Below are positions 7,739-17,194 of a stretch of DNA of 64,000 bases, piece by piece. Location: contig CP186953.1 of assembly GCA_049570475.1 (NCBI GenBank), forward strand, positions 320,001 through 384,000. Reading direction: 5' to 3'. The notes beneath the pieces were generated by a model. The model did not search any database. It worked only from the letters and a program-made list of their open reading frames with translations, and was not told the origin of the DNA. A program made the position numbers and the translations under genes. Source of the stretch: Candidatus Methanosuratincola verstraetei (GTDB taxonomy: Archaea > Thermoproteota > Methanomethylicia > Methanomethylicales > Methanomethylicaceae). Every line of letters starts with the position of its first letter. The stretch's first letter is position 1.

Positions 7739-8728
7739 CTAACTGGTCTGGAGATGGCCAGGGCTCGAGCCGCTGGGGCGGAATATCGATGGCAGGAAGG
7801 CCAAAATCAAAGCCCCCGAGATCATTGTGTAATAGAAGATCCCTGAATAAAGCCAGCCCAATGGGGGAGGGAACTCGGAGGCCAGGGCAAGAGAGGGCCA
7901 ATACGCGTTGTAGAACCAGTGGATCAGTATGGAGCTCTCGAATCCATAATTGAAGGCTGTAAAACCCAGTATTAGGCCCGCTATAAAGGCAGTCAGGAAT
8001 TTACCCGTGCCCCAAGCGCCTGAGGCGATGTGTGCGTAGGCAAAAATGAGAGATGACGACACAACCAGCGCCGCAACCAATCTGCGAGGGATTCCCGCCC
8101 TGCCCCTTTTCGAGATGATAAAGAACTTCGGCTTGAGAAGGGCAAGGAGGGCCTCCCTGATCCCCATCGCCTCTTCACGTGTGGAGACTATCAGGTAGAA
8201 AGCAACCGGGACGAGCACGGGCAACATCCTGAAGACTAGCTCCTCCGCGAAGACCGAATAGGAAGAGAGAAGCAACTCTTCAAAGAGATCCTGAAACACT
8301 ACACCTCCAACAGGTACCCCAGCAGATTCCTCCAAGAAGTGTACTACGAAGAATGCGAAGAAGCTGGCTGAGCAGAAGAGCGGCATCAGAAGTAGGAAGT
8401 TCATCCCGTAGGCGCTATCCTCCCCCTTTAGGAAGGCAACAGACGATCTGTACAGGTTCGGCGGAGAAATGCCCGAAACGATGAATGCAAATATGAAAGC
8501 AAGAATCATCAGCAGGAATAGTAGCGGCATGCAACCTTGGTCAAGAACCAAACCTGGAATGGCATAGGACTCGATCGAATCCAGATTGAGGGATCCGGGG
8601 AAGGCATTCGGGAAACAGACAAAGGCTATCGCAAGCGCCATCGATAGCAAGTATGTGGAAAGGGAAAAGACTGCCAAAATGAAGTAGAATCGTCTGAAAA
8701 CGGGAAGAATTCCCTTCACGTTTGCCAT
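7739..8728 (-). CDS. CPBP/Abi (Rce1-type CAAX) intramembrane glutamic protease
   Basis: AEELVFR, FAYAH, IHWFYN motifs; multiple TM helices. Confidence 0.9.
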   Translation of the reverse strand: MANVKGILPVFRRFYFILAVFSLSTYLLSMALAIAFVCFPNAFPGSLNLDSIESYAIPGLVLDQGCMPLLFLLMILAFIFAFIVSGISPPNLYRSSVAFLKGEDSAYGMNFLLLMPLFCSASFFAFFVVHFLEESAGVPVGGVVFQDLFEELLLSSYSVFAEELVFRMLPVLVPVAFYLIVSTREEAMGIREALLALLKPKFFIISKRGRAGIPRRLVAALVVSSSLIFAYAHIASGAWGTGKFLTAFIAGLILGFTAFNYGFESSILIHWFYNAYWPSLALASEFPPPLGWLYSGIFYYTMISGALILAFLPSIFRPSGSSPGHLQTS

Positions 8729-8740
8729 TTATTGCCACGC

Positions 8741-9655
8741 TTAGAAGTGGATCCTACCGACTAGAACTCGGTTACGGTTGACATCGGTCATGAACTCGAC
8801 GCCCCTGAGTTTCGGCAACTTCAACAAAAAGTCCCGCTCAGTCAGCATACCGATCGGCTTTCCGTTTGAGACGACGATCAGGGATCCGATGTTGGATGCA
8901 TTCATTATCTTCACGGCATCAGAGAGGTCGAGATCCGGATCCACCGTCTTCGGGTTTGCGGTTGCGATCTTGGACACGTTTACATTCAGCAGGTAATCGA
9001 AGAGGTCTTTCTCGAGGAGGGCATCCACGTAGGGGCTCGCGAGGAACCTTATTATGTCCTTCACTGTGACGATCCCCCAGATGTCCAGACCTTTCGTTAT
9101 TGGGATACGCCTGATGTCATTTTTGATCATCAACTTCATCGCATCGAGGAGGCTTGCCCTTACATCGAGGGATATTAATGGTGCCGACATGATCTCTGAA
9201 ACCCTGACGAACATCTGCTGCGCCTCAAAGAGCCTGAAGAGGTGCCGCTCCGAAAGGACTCCCCATACCGTTCCATCCTCGTTGATGAGCGGGAGCATCC
9301 CTATGTCGTGCCTTGACATTATACCCATCAGCTCTGGGAGGGGGGAGGAAACGCTCCCAAGGATCGGCCTCCTGTTTACTATTGGTGAAATCGGGGCAGC
9401 GAGCAAGGACTGGATGCTTTTACCTTTGACCGCCTGGACAGAGGCAAACTTGTCCCCGCCCCCGAGTAGGTTCAGGAGATCCTTCGCTGAAACTATCCCT
9501 GTCAGCCGCACGCCATCCTCCGAGACGATCGCATGCCTGACGCTCTTCGCGTCCATTTGCTTCAGAGCGTTGTGAACAGAAGTCTTCTCAGGGAGCACAA
9601 CCGCCGGCGGGTGCCGTGCGATCGAGGCTGCAGGGAAACTGCTCATCGGTACCAC
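8741..9655 (-). CDS. Tandem CBS-domain protein (4 CBS)
   Basis: GIVSAKDL, GVLSERHL, GIVTVKDI, GMLTERDF. Confidence 0.9.
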   Translation of the reverse strand: MVPMSSFPAASIARHPPAVVLPEKTSVHNALKQMDAKSVRHAIVSEDGVRLTGIVSAKDLLNLLGGGDKFASVQAVKGKSIQSLLAAPISPIVNRRPILGSVSSPLPELMGIMSRHDIGMLPLINEDGTVWGVLSERHLFRLFEAQQMFVRVSEIMSAPLISLDVRASLLDAMKLMIKNDIRRIPITKGLDIWGIVTVKDIIRFLASPYVDALLEKDLFDYLLNVNVSKIATANPKTVDPDLDLSDAVKIMNASNIGSLIVVSNGKPIGMLTERDFLLKLPKLRGVEFMTDVNRNRVLVGRIHF

Positions 9656-9705
9656 TGCCGATTTATTAAGGGCAGGTTAAAGTTAAAGTTGTTGGTGGAG
9701 CAGGT

Positions 9706-10656
9706 TTGTTCCTCATCATATATGACATTGGGGTTGAAAGAGACCCCCACGGGATCAGGATCAGGCTGGTCAGGGCATTGAGGAGATCCGGGGCGCTCCA
9801 GATACAGAGGTCGGTCTGGATAATGGAATCGATGACGCCTGATCTAGTCAGGATTGTTGACGAGTTTAGGAGGGCGGGTGGCAAGATCAAGGTCTCCGAG
9901 TGGCTCCCGAGGTGCCTAGGCGAGCTCGCACCTAATGGCGACCGTATGAGGAAGGCATTCCTTGCTGTCATTGGGGCAGAGCCGCTTGCAGAGGAGTGGC
10001 ACCAGGAGATAGGCAGGCACCTGGAGAGGATCGGCTACTCAATCGAGGTGAAGCCTGTCAGCGAGAGCGCTATGGCAGAGTATTCGAAGCGCACAGGTAA
10101 GAGGATCGACTGTTCAGCGGCAGAGAAGAACACGAGCAGGTTGCTTGACGAAATAGTTTTGGATGATCTGGACGCCCTGGTGATCCTTAACTCGGGGAGG
10201 ACCTCTCAGAGCGGCATCTTGTACGTGGCCCAGACCTTGTCGAACACCAAAGTCTTGAGGGGCATGACTTCGCTTCCGGTGATCCAGATCGAGAGCCCCG
10301 GCAAGACAGACTCGGCAGTGGTTGTCTGGAACGAGACGGGAAGGGCCCTGGCTGAGGATCTGGCTGATGAGCTCTCGATGCCAGTCATCACCCCCAGCGT
10401 CGAGATCAGGAAGGTCTCGGTAAATGGCTCAAGGGAGATCAGGCAGATCCAGTACGCCGAAGTAGGGGACTTGATAATAGTAAACGGGAAAGAAGTGGGC
10501 GAGTGCCTTTCGGACAAGGTTTATCTCATCGCAGAGGGCGGGAGGATAGTTGACATAATGGGAGGGCAGCTCTTCAGCAAGGGTAAGAAATTGAAAATTG
10601 ATTCTCTAGGCAACTCCATAATAAAGACGATCCCGAAGGATTCAAAAAGATCCTGA
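9706..10656 (+). CDS. Cas2/VapD-like N-terminal domain fused to a DUF2117-like domain
   Basis: MFLIIYDI...LQIQRSVW; C-terminal PVIQIESPG..VVVWN..GDLIIVNG..GGRIVDIMGG..IIKT. Confidence 0.6.
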   Translation: MFLIIYDIGVERDPHGIRIRLVRALRRSGALQIQRSVWIMESMTPDLVRIVDEFRRAGGKIKVSEWLPRCLGELAPNGDRMRKAFLAVIGAEPLAEEWHQEIGRHLERIGYSIEVKPVSESAMAEYSKRTGKRIDCSAAEKNTSRLLDEIVLDDLDALVILNSGRTSQSGILYVAQTLSNTKVLRGMTSLPVIQIESPGKTDSAVVVWNETGRALAEDLADELSMPVITPSVEIRKVSVNGSREIRQIQYAEVGDLIIVNGKEVGECLSDKVYLIAEGGRIVDIMGGQLFSKGKKLKIDSLGNSIIKTIPKDSKRS

Positions 10657-10726
10657 TACAATAAGCGAGATCGCAATGCAATGTGGAAAACAGGCGATAA
10701 AAAAAATATAATGATTTAATTTTTCG

Positions 10727-11389
10727 CTAATTCTTCTGCGCTGCGACTTTCACGGGGGCCGACAGCTTCTTCCATGCTACCAGACCAAAGACCAGCACTA
10801 GGATCCCCACTAAGGCGATGCCGCCTATGAAAGTCATCGATGGGGGCACATAGGAGATGCCTTTCTGCATTAGGCCTGGAAGCGCGCCTGCTACCGTCAC
10901 CACTGGCGTCCCGTTGGGGAGCGGGTTCTTGAAGACGGCTAGCGGGTTGTTGGGGTTCCAGCCGTTTGCCAGCAGCAAGTCAATCGAGGTCTGGTTTATA
11001 GCGATCCGGTTGTTGGCGCAGCTTTGGACCACTTTGGTGCCGAGGAGTATTCTCGCTGTGTCGGGCGTGACGCTGACCACCGAACCGTTCCTGATGATAA
11101 TCTGTATGCTAGGCGCGGACGTGCCATACCAGCTGTCAAGAGCTGTAATGTTGACATTCGGGTGGGCGGCTACGCTCCGCAACATGCACCCGGGGCAGCA
11201 TGTCCATACCCGCTGACCTGTGTCAACATCGATCATCACGATGTTCCTATCCATCTCTGGGGTTATCAGCATGCCGCAGGCCTCGCACCTCGGGGTCGCA
11301 TAGTACTGGAAGTAGAGGTATGCCGAGGACCCGACTATTGCAGCCGCAACTATCACAAACACAAGGGGCATAATGATGCTCTTCTTCAT
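10727..11389 (-). CDS. Membrane-anchored TRASH/NosL-like metal-binding protein
   Basis: CEACGM...TCCPGCM between N- and C-terminal TM helices. Confidence 0.6.
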   Translation of the reverse strand: MKKSIIMPLVFVIVAAAIVGSSAYLYFQYYATPRCEACGMLITPEMDRNIVMIDVDTGQRVWTCCPGCMLRSVAAHPNVNITALDSWYGTSAPSIQIIIRNGSVVSVTPDTARILLGTKVVQSCANNRIAINQTSIDLLLANGWNPNNPLAVFKNPLPNGTPVVTVAGALPGLMQKGISYVPPSMTFIGGIALVGILVLVFGLVAWKKLSAPVKVAAQKN

Positions 11390-11450
11390 AGAATTGAACC
11401 TCAGGTAAAATAAAAAGTGGAATCAATTAAAGAGTTTTGGAATTGAATTC

Positions 11451-14072
11451 TTAAGTCGGGGTTTTTGATCTCGATACCAACGACCCTCTGATCCGCTGTA
11501 GCGCTTCAAGGAAGTCCTCCATCTCAAGGGAATCCCTTGTTTCGCCCTTCAGCGTCGCCCGGATGAGGGATTTCTTGGCCTCGTTGACTAGCTCTTGAAG
11601 GTCAGCGCCAGAGAATCCCTCGGTCATCTTGGCGATCTCCTCCACAACTACGCTCATCCCCACCGGGGCATCGCGGAGGTGCACCTTTATTATTTCAGCC
11701 CTTGCCCTTGCGTCTGGCAGCCCGACATAGATATGCTTCTCTATCCGGTTTGCCCTCAGGAGCGCAGGGTCTATTGCCTCATGGCGGTTCGTTGCGGCTA
11801 GTACCATCACCCCCTTGAGATCATGGATGCCGTCCAGCTCCGAGAGGAGCTGGGTTGTCACAGGCACGAAAGCAGAGCTGCCGGCATCGGAACGGGATGG
11901 GGCTATCTGGTCGATCTCGTCGATGAAAACAATTGCAGGAGCGTTGTCCCTTGCCCTTCTGAATACATCATTTATCCTCGCAGCGGCCTCATTTATGTTC
12001 CCCCTGGAAAGCTCTGCCCCGCTTACAGGGAAGAAGTTAGCCTTGACCTCGTTGGCGATGGCTTTCGCGAGGAGCGTCTTGCCGCACCCGGGCGGTCCGT
12101 AGAGGAGGACGCCCTTTACTGCCCTCACCCTCAGCCTTTCCATCAGATCAGGCCGCCTTATGGGCAGCTCGAAAGCCTCCCTCAGATCAGCCTTCACATC
12201 GTCGAGGTCCCCGATGTCATCAAAAGTCACCTCCGGGATTCCAGATTCCCAAGTCTTTGCGACCCGCCGGTCGCGCTCAAATTCCACCCTGAACCGCTCG
12301 TATTCCTCGAGCATCGAATAATCCACTGTAGGGCGAGTGCCTTTGATAGCCTCCTCAAGCGCCTCCTGCGAAACTGCGGCAGAATTGCCATTTTTTAGGC
12401 CCTCGTAGAAGGCCGAGGAGAAGATCTTGTTCACCAGCGCCTCGATGTCTGCGCCTGTGAAACGCTCAGAGAGATCAGCCAGCCGGTCGTAGTCAATTCC
12501 GGGGGCAACGGGCTTGCCCTCAAGGTAGCACTTGAAGATCTCTTTGCGGGCTTCCTTGTCAGGCGGTCCTACATAGATTATCTTGTCGAATCTGCCGGGC
12601 CTGATCAATGCCCTATCTAACAGCTGCGGCTTGTTAGTTGTTGCAACAACTATTACATCAATGTCCTTCTGGCTGATCGAGTCGAGCTCCGAGAGCAGCA
12701 CGTTCATGACGCGGGGGGTCACGTCATCGGACTTGTACATAGTACGATCCTTGCCGATTGAGTCGATGTCATTAATGGCGAGTATGCAGGGGGCATTCTC
12801 CCGCGCAATGCTGAACAGCTCACTGATCCTGTGTTCGCTCTCGCCGTACCACTTTGAGAGCAGTTCGCTGAGGCTCACCTCGTAGTACCTGACCCCAAGT
12901 TGGGAAGACAGACCCCTCAGCAGAGTGGTCTTCCCGGTGCCAGGCGGCCCATAGAGAAGTATGCCTCGGGCAGGCTTGACGCCGAAACGCCTGGCCTCTT
13001 TTTTGTATTTCATCGGGAGTGCAACGCTCCGGAGCAGCTCGTTCTTTATGTGATCCAGCCCCTTCGTCTTTTCCCAGCATTGCTTGATATCCGACGGCTT
13101 TGAAGGCATTGCCTCCCCAATCCTCGCGAAGCCGCCCTTTGCATCATATAGCGGCGACTTGGAGAAGAGATCCGTCAGTCCGCTTGAATTGAGCTGCGGT
13201 CTTTCCCTGAAGATTGGCCTCAAAGCCAGGAATCCGAATGGGGCTGCAAAGGAGCACAGAACTGATACACCGATCTGCTCTAGCGATCCGAAAATCAAGA
13301 AACCAGAAACGACAGTGCCCACGACGGCGGATATTATCCTTGTCAGGTGTATGTTCAAGCCCAGGAGTCTGAAAACATTCCTCCCGTAAGTTGAGATAAA
13401 GATCAGAAGAGAGCCTACAGCCACGAAATAGAGCGGAGTCAATTCAAGGAGATACCTTGCTGATGAAGAGGAGAGACTCTCCTGCCATCCAGGCCCCAGA
13501 AAGATCCCCATCAGCAATGAAGGGAAATACATGGAGGAAAGGTCCGATACTCTCGGGAAGAAGACTGAGAACGCATACCCTGCTGGAACGGCAAACCCGA
13601 GGTACTGCCCATATATGAAGTAGGTTCCGAATGCAGAATAGAGCATCATGGTTGAAGCGCCAGCCCGCCCTGATTTGAGTGCGCTCAATGTCGCTATCGC
13701 AGGCAAGACCAGAGCGGGGCTGAAGCCCCAGCCCATCATCATCCCCAGGAAAAATCCCACCAAGGACCCAAGCCAATCCATCAGGCACCCTATGAAGGCA
13801 ACAAGGAAGAGCAGAGCGATCACTAGACCTTGGTATGGGATTCCGCCGGGGGTCACCGGGGACGAAAGCACGACATCAGCAGCAGGGATGGCAAGGGATC
13901 CAAGGACGAAGAACGGGGCGATCTTTGGCCTGACGTATGAGATGATGCCAACAGCCGCAGAGAGGAGGGCAACCACGGGCAATGTGAAATAAAAAATAGA
14001 ATAGAATGAGAAGAAGGCGAATGCGCCTATTAGAACAGAGCCAACAGGAGACTTCTGCACGTAGGATGGCAT
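11451..14072 (-). CDS. Membrane-bound double AAA+ ATPase (CDC48/VCP-like, MBA type)
   Basis: Two GPPGxGKT Walker A motifs, SRH ALIRPGRFD; ~290-aa multi-TM N-terminus; likely start ATG 14072. Confidence 0.9.
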   Translation of the reverse strand: MPSYVQKSPVGSVLIGAFAFFSFYSIFYFTLPVVALLSAAVGIISYVRPKIAPFFVLGSLAIPAADVVLSSPVTPGGIPYQGLVIALLFLVAFIGCLMDWLGSLVGFFLGMMMGWGFSPALVLPAIATLSALKSGRAGASTMMLYSAFGTYFIYGQYLGFAVPAGYAFSVFFPRVSDLSSMYFPSLLMGIFLGPGWQESLSSSSARYLLELTPLYFVAVGSLLIFISTYGRNVFRLLGLNIHLTRIISAVVGTVVSGFLIFGSLEQIGVSVLCSFAAPFGFLALRPIFRERPQLNSSGLTDLFSKSPLYDAKGGFARIGEAMPSKPSDIKQCWEKTKGLDHIKNELLRSVALPMKYKKEARRFGVKPARGILLYGPPGTGKTTLLRGLSSQLGVRYYEVSLSELLSKWYGESEHRISELFSIARENAPCILAINDIDSIGKDRTMYKSDDVTPRVMNVLLSELDSISQKDIDVIVVATTNKPQLLDRALIRPGRFDKIIYVGPPDKEARKEIFKCYLEGKPVAPGIDYDRLADLSERFTGADIEALVNKIFSSAFYEGLKNGNSAAVSQEALEEAIKGTRPTVDYSMLEEYERFRVEFERDRRVAKTWESGIPEVTFDDIGDLDDVKADLREAFELPIRRPDLMERLRVRAVKGVLLYGPPGCGKTLLAKAIANEVKANFFPVSGAELSRGNINEAAARINDVFRRARDNAPAIVFIDEIDQIAPSRSDAGSSAFVPVTTQLLSELDGIHDLKGVMVLAATNRHEAIDPALLRANRIEKHIYVGLPDARARAEIIKVHLRDAPVGMSVVVEEIAKMTEGFSGADLQELVNEAKKSLIRATLKGETRDSLEMEDFLEALQRIRGSLVSRSKTPT

Positions 14073-14179
14073 GTTAAATGAATATCTATGGCACGGCGTA
14101 TTTAGTTTTTGGATTCCAAGCGGTCTGTCATTGCACTCAAGAAAATGCTTATTACGGGAAGAGAGTCTCCAAAAGAGGC

Positions 14180-14344
14180 ATGAGGATGAAGTTCTTCGCG
14201 GCATCCCTTGTAGTGATCCTGGCTATGTACTTGGTGCCCTTCACCCTACTCAGCGGCGTCGAGGGCCCTTACACTGCCCTCTTCTGGGCGGCACTATCCG
14301 CGGCATACTTGGCATTGGTCTGGCTGGAACAAAGGAGGGATTAG
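14180..14344 (+). CDS. Small 2-TM partner of the solute:sodium symporter
   Basis: Hydrophobic 54-aa ORF immediately upstream of the SSS gene. Confidence 0.65.
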   Translation: MRMKFFAASLVVILAMYLVPFTLLSGVEGPYTALFWAALSAAYLALVWLEQRRD

Positions 14345-14345
14345 A

Positions 14346-15782
14346 TTGGAAGGGTTTCAGGCCTACCTGGCGATAGCAGTCTACATTGCTGCTGGCACAA
14401 CAATAGCCTGGCTTGCCAAAAAACGGCTCAGGAAGGATGTGAAGGACTTTTACACGGCTGGCGGCAGGTTCGGATCGGTTGTGCTCTCCCTTTCTTACGC
14501 TGCCACCACATACAGCGCATTCATGTTCATCGGGCTGGTCGGCCTTAGTTACCAGAGCGGCGTGGGGGCGATGGGGTTTGAGCTTGTGTACTTCGTCGGC
14601 ACGCTCTTCCTCCTGTATTACCTGGCCCCAAAGTACTATTCGCTCCACAGCAGGTACGGGTACGTTTCTCCAGCAGAGGTCCTGACCGACAGGTACGGCA
14701 GCCCCGCGGTCGGGATGGCTGTGACGCTGATCTCCCTGGTTGCGCTGATTCCCTATTCATCTGCCCAGATAATGGGGATCGCCTTCGCAGCCGAGGGGGC
14801 TTCAGGCGGGACCATCCCGTTCACCCTTGCAGTAATCATAGCAGTGTCACTGGCTCTGCTCTGGTCAGTCGTGGCAGGGGTTTGGAGCGTCGGCTGGACT
14901 GATGTCTACCAAGGGATCCTGATGATCGTTGCCGGGGTGACGATATTGGCGTGGGCGATCAGTTGGGCGACAAGCCTTCCCTCGTTCTCATTCGTCGCGG
15001 GAGAGCTGGGGCGTGTGCCGAACAGCTACTGGACGCCCCAGACCTTCCTGAACATGACGATCCCATGGTTCTTCTTCGCCATCACGAACCCGCAGGTCGT
15101 GCAGAGGCTCTTCGCTCCAAAGAGCAGGGAGGCGCAGAAGAAGATGATCACGCTCTTCGGGGCTTACGGTCTTATCTTTACACTCATGGTGTGCACACTT
15201 GGTCTTGTCCTTAAGGGAGCGACAATGGCAGGCGGGTTCCCTCTGGTCGCTTACAGGGACTCCGTTACGCCCACACTCTTGGGAATCTTGCCGCCATGGA
15301 TGACCATACTTGGGCTTGTGGCGATAATCGCAGCATCGATCTCAACCATAGACAGCATAATCCTGACCTTGAGTTCGATGTCGATCAGGGACATCTTCCT
15401 CCCGCTGCGCCCGAAGTTGAGCCAGAAGGCGCAGATCATGGCAGGCCGGTCGGTCATGATTGCCCTGGCATTGGGATGCATGATCTTTTCCCTTTCGAAG
15501 CCGGGGCTCATAGTCGATCTCTCGGTTCTTTCATCTTCACTGCTTCTCCCGATAGCGCCGCTCGTCCTGGGGAGCTTCCTCTGGGGGAGGGGCGGGAAAT
15601 ATTCTGCACTGGCTTCGCTCGTGGCAGGGTTCGCGACTGCGGCAGCGCTCTACTACCTGAAGCTCAGCCCACTCGGGCTTCCGATGAACTTGTGGACTCT
15701 GGCAGTTTCCTCGATCACCTATTTGACCCTCGGATCTTTCGAAATGAACCCAGAGGGAGTTAAGAAGATCAGGGAGGCTTAG
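14346..15782 (+). CDS. Sodium:solute symporter family protein
   Basis: DFYTAGGR, SYAATTYSAFMFIG, WTDVYQG, AASISTID. Confidence 0.92.
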   Translation: MEGFQAYLAIAVYIAAGTTIAWLAKKRLRKDVKDFYTAGGRFGSVVLSLSYAATTYSAFMFIGLVGLSYQSGVGAMGFELVYFVGTLFLLYYLAPKYYSLHSRYGYVSPAEVLTDRYGSPAVGMAVTLISLVALIPYSSAQIMGIAFAAEGASGGTIPFTLAVIIAVSLALLWSVVAGVWSVGWTDVYQGILMIVAGVTILAWAISWATSLPSFSFVAGELGRVPNSYWTPQTFLNMTIPWFFFAITNPQVVQRLFAPKSREAQKKMITLFGAYGLIFTLMVCTLGLVLKGATMAGGFPLVAYRDSVTPTLLGILPPWMTILGLVAIIAASISTIDSIILTLSSMSIRDIFLPLRPKLSQKAQIMAGRSVMIALALGCMIFSLSKPGLIVDLSVLSSSLLLPIAPLVLGSFLWGRGGKYSALASLVAGFATAAALYYLKLSPLGLPMNLWTLAVSSITYLTLGSFEMNPEGVKKIREA

Positions 15783-15795
15783 GGGGATCAATCCT

Positions 15796-16173
15796 GTGTT
15801 GAAGGAAGTCTTCGTCAGCTGCGAGGTCCTCGAGGCATTCCTCGAGCTTTGCAGGGAAGTCTTCCCCCGCGAGAACATCATGCTCATCCGAGGCAAGGTC
15901 AGAGGGGAAAGGGCAGAAATAAAGGAGTTCCTGATACCGCCCTTCTCGACTTATGGCGAGGGCTTCTCGTCCTTCCCCATCCATATGATACCCTTTGACC
16001 TGAGCATCATCGGAATCGCGCACTCCCATCCCTCTGGAGACAACAGCCCATCCGACGAGGACCTTAACCATTTCTACGGGAAGGTAATGCTCATAGCAGC
16101 CTACCCATACAGCAAGGTCAGCGTGGCGGCTTACAATAGCAAAGGACTTAAGATAGGGTTCACTGTAGAATAG
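15796..16173 (+). CDS. JAMM/MPN+ (Mov34) metalloprotease
   Basis: PRE...HSHPSGDNSPSDED. Confidence 0.9.
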   Translation: MLKEVFVSCEVLEAFLELCREVFPRENIMLIRGKVRGERAEIKEFLIPPFSTYGEGFSSFPIHMIPFDLSIIGIAHSHPSGDNSPSDEDLNHFYGKVMLIAAYPYSKVSVAAYNSKGLKIGFTVE

Positions 16174-16186
16174 TCGGGTAATTAGG

Positions 16187-17194
16187 TTGAGAGCCAGCGC
16201 AGGACAGATCCTGAGCCTATTGGGTTTAGCGCTGCTACTTCTCGCAGCTAATGAAGCCATTCATGCGGCGCTATCGCTCGAGGGGGCTTTGATCTCAGAG
16301 TGCGGGCCTGAGGTGCAGATGGCGCATGTGCAATACAACGCGATAATGCTGCAGGTATCAGGGGCTGCAGTCCTGGGCATCCTCATGAACTACCAAAGCG
16401 ATTATGTGAAGAAGGTCGCAGCAAAGTTCAACTCAGGCGACCTCAAGAGGCTCTTCCTGGGAATGGTTGTTGCAGGGGGGTCGGTGTACAACCGCTGCGG
16501 CAAGTACTGCATCAGGTTCTATGGGAAGGACTACACAATGCATCAAGTCTTCGCCGGGCTCTCTTATGAGCTCTACCGTTCGTCTCCGAGCACTATACAA
16601 ATCACGGGCAGGGGAAGCTACATGACCCAACTCTACTGCAAGGATGCAGTGATTGACATAAAAGAGTTATCCCCCGATACAAATGCACGGAAGGGGGGGA
16701 CACCCACAATAGAGTACATCTTGGAGGGGAACAGGAGCATCAGGCAGGAATCCATGAGAGTAATCATGTCAGTAGCAGGATGGGTCGCACCTTCACTTAA
16801 AAGGACTGCCTACGGGTATTCTGTTTCGACCAGAATAGGGCTCGGTTCCTCGAGCCCATTGCCGCTCAACGAGGAGTACAAAATCCTCGCAGAGTCGCTA
16901 TTATTGAAGTTCAACAGCTATTCCGACTCGAGGTACCCAGAGACAGGGTATCTGATGAGTTATGATCCAGACACCTGCAGCGGGTTCCTGAGCATGGGCG
17001 GCTTCGTAGACGGCAGCCTGGTAAAGAAGGGAAGGTACGCAGGCATGGAGAAGAATTCAGTCCTGAGAGCATCCCTTGCAATCGGAGGGAAGCACTTTGA
17101 GACGCCCGCCTCTGCTGAGAAGGTCATGGAGGCTGCTGTCTGCAACAGCAACTTCGATCTGAGCGCTCTCCTGGGGCGGATAATGCTCGGCTAG
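16187..17194 (+). CDS. Hypothetical protein with N-terminal hydrophobic helices and a degenerate two-motif LAGLIDADG-like domain
   Basis: FLGMVVAGGSV..IRFYGKD and MRVIMSVAGWV at intein-endonuclease-like spacing. Confidence 0.5.
   Translation: MRASAGQILSLLGLALLLLAANEAIHAALSLEGALISECGPEVQMAHVQYNAIMLQVSGAAVLGILMNYQSDYVKKVAAKFNSGDLKRLFLGMVVAGGSVYNRCGKYCIRFYGKDYTMHQVFAGLSYELYRSSPSTIQITGRGSYMTQLYCKDAVIDIKELSPDTNARKGGTPTIEYILEGNRSIRQESMRVIMSVAGWVAPSLKRTAYGYSVSTRIGLGSSSPLPLNEEYKILAESLLLKFNSYSDSRYPETGYLMSYDPDTCSGFLSMGGFVDGSLVKKGRYAGMEKNSVLRASLAIGGKHFETPASAEKVMEAAVCNSNFDLSALLGRIMLG

Noticed and set aside
14073-14204. N-terminal extensions in the ORF track (AAA ATPase; also HIT, ThiF, eS25, ADH, pscS)
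   Set aside because: They run through promoters, neighbouring genes or the IS end; downstream starts fit the family lengths.
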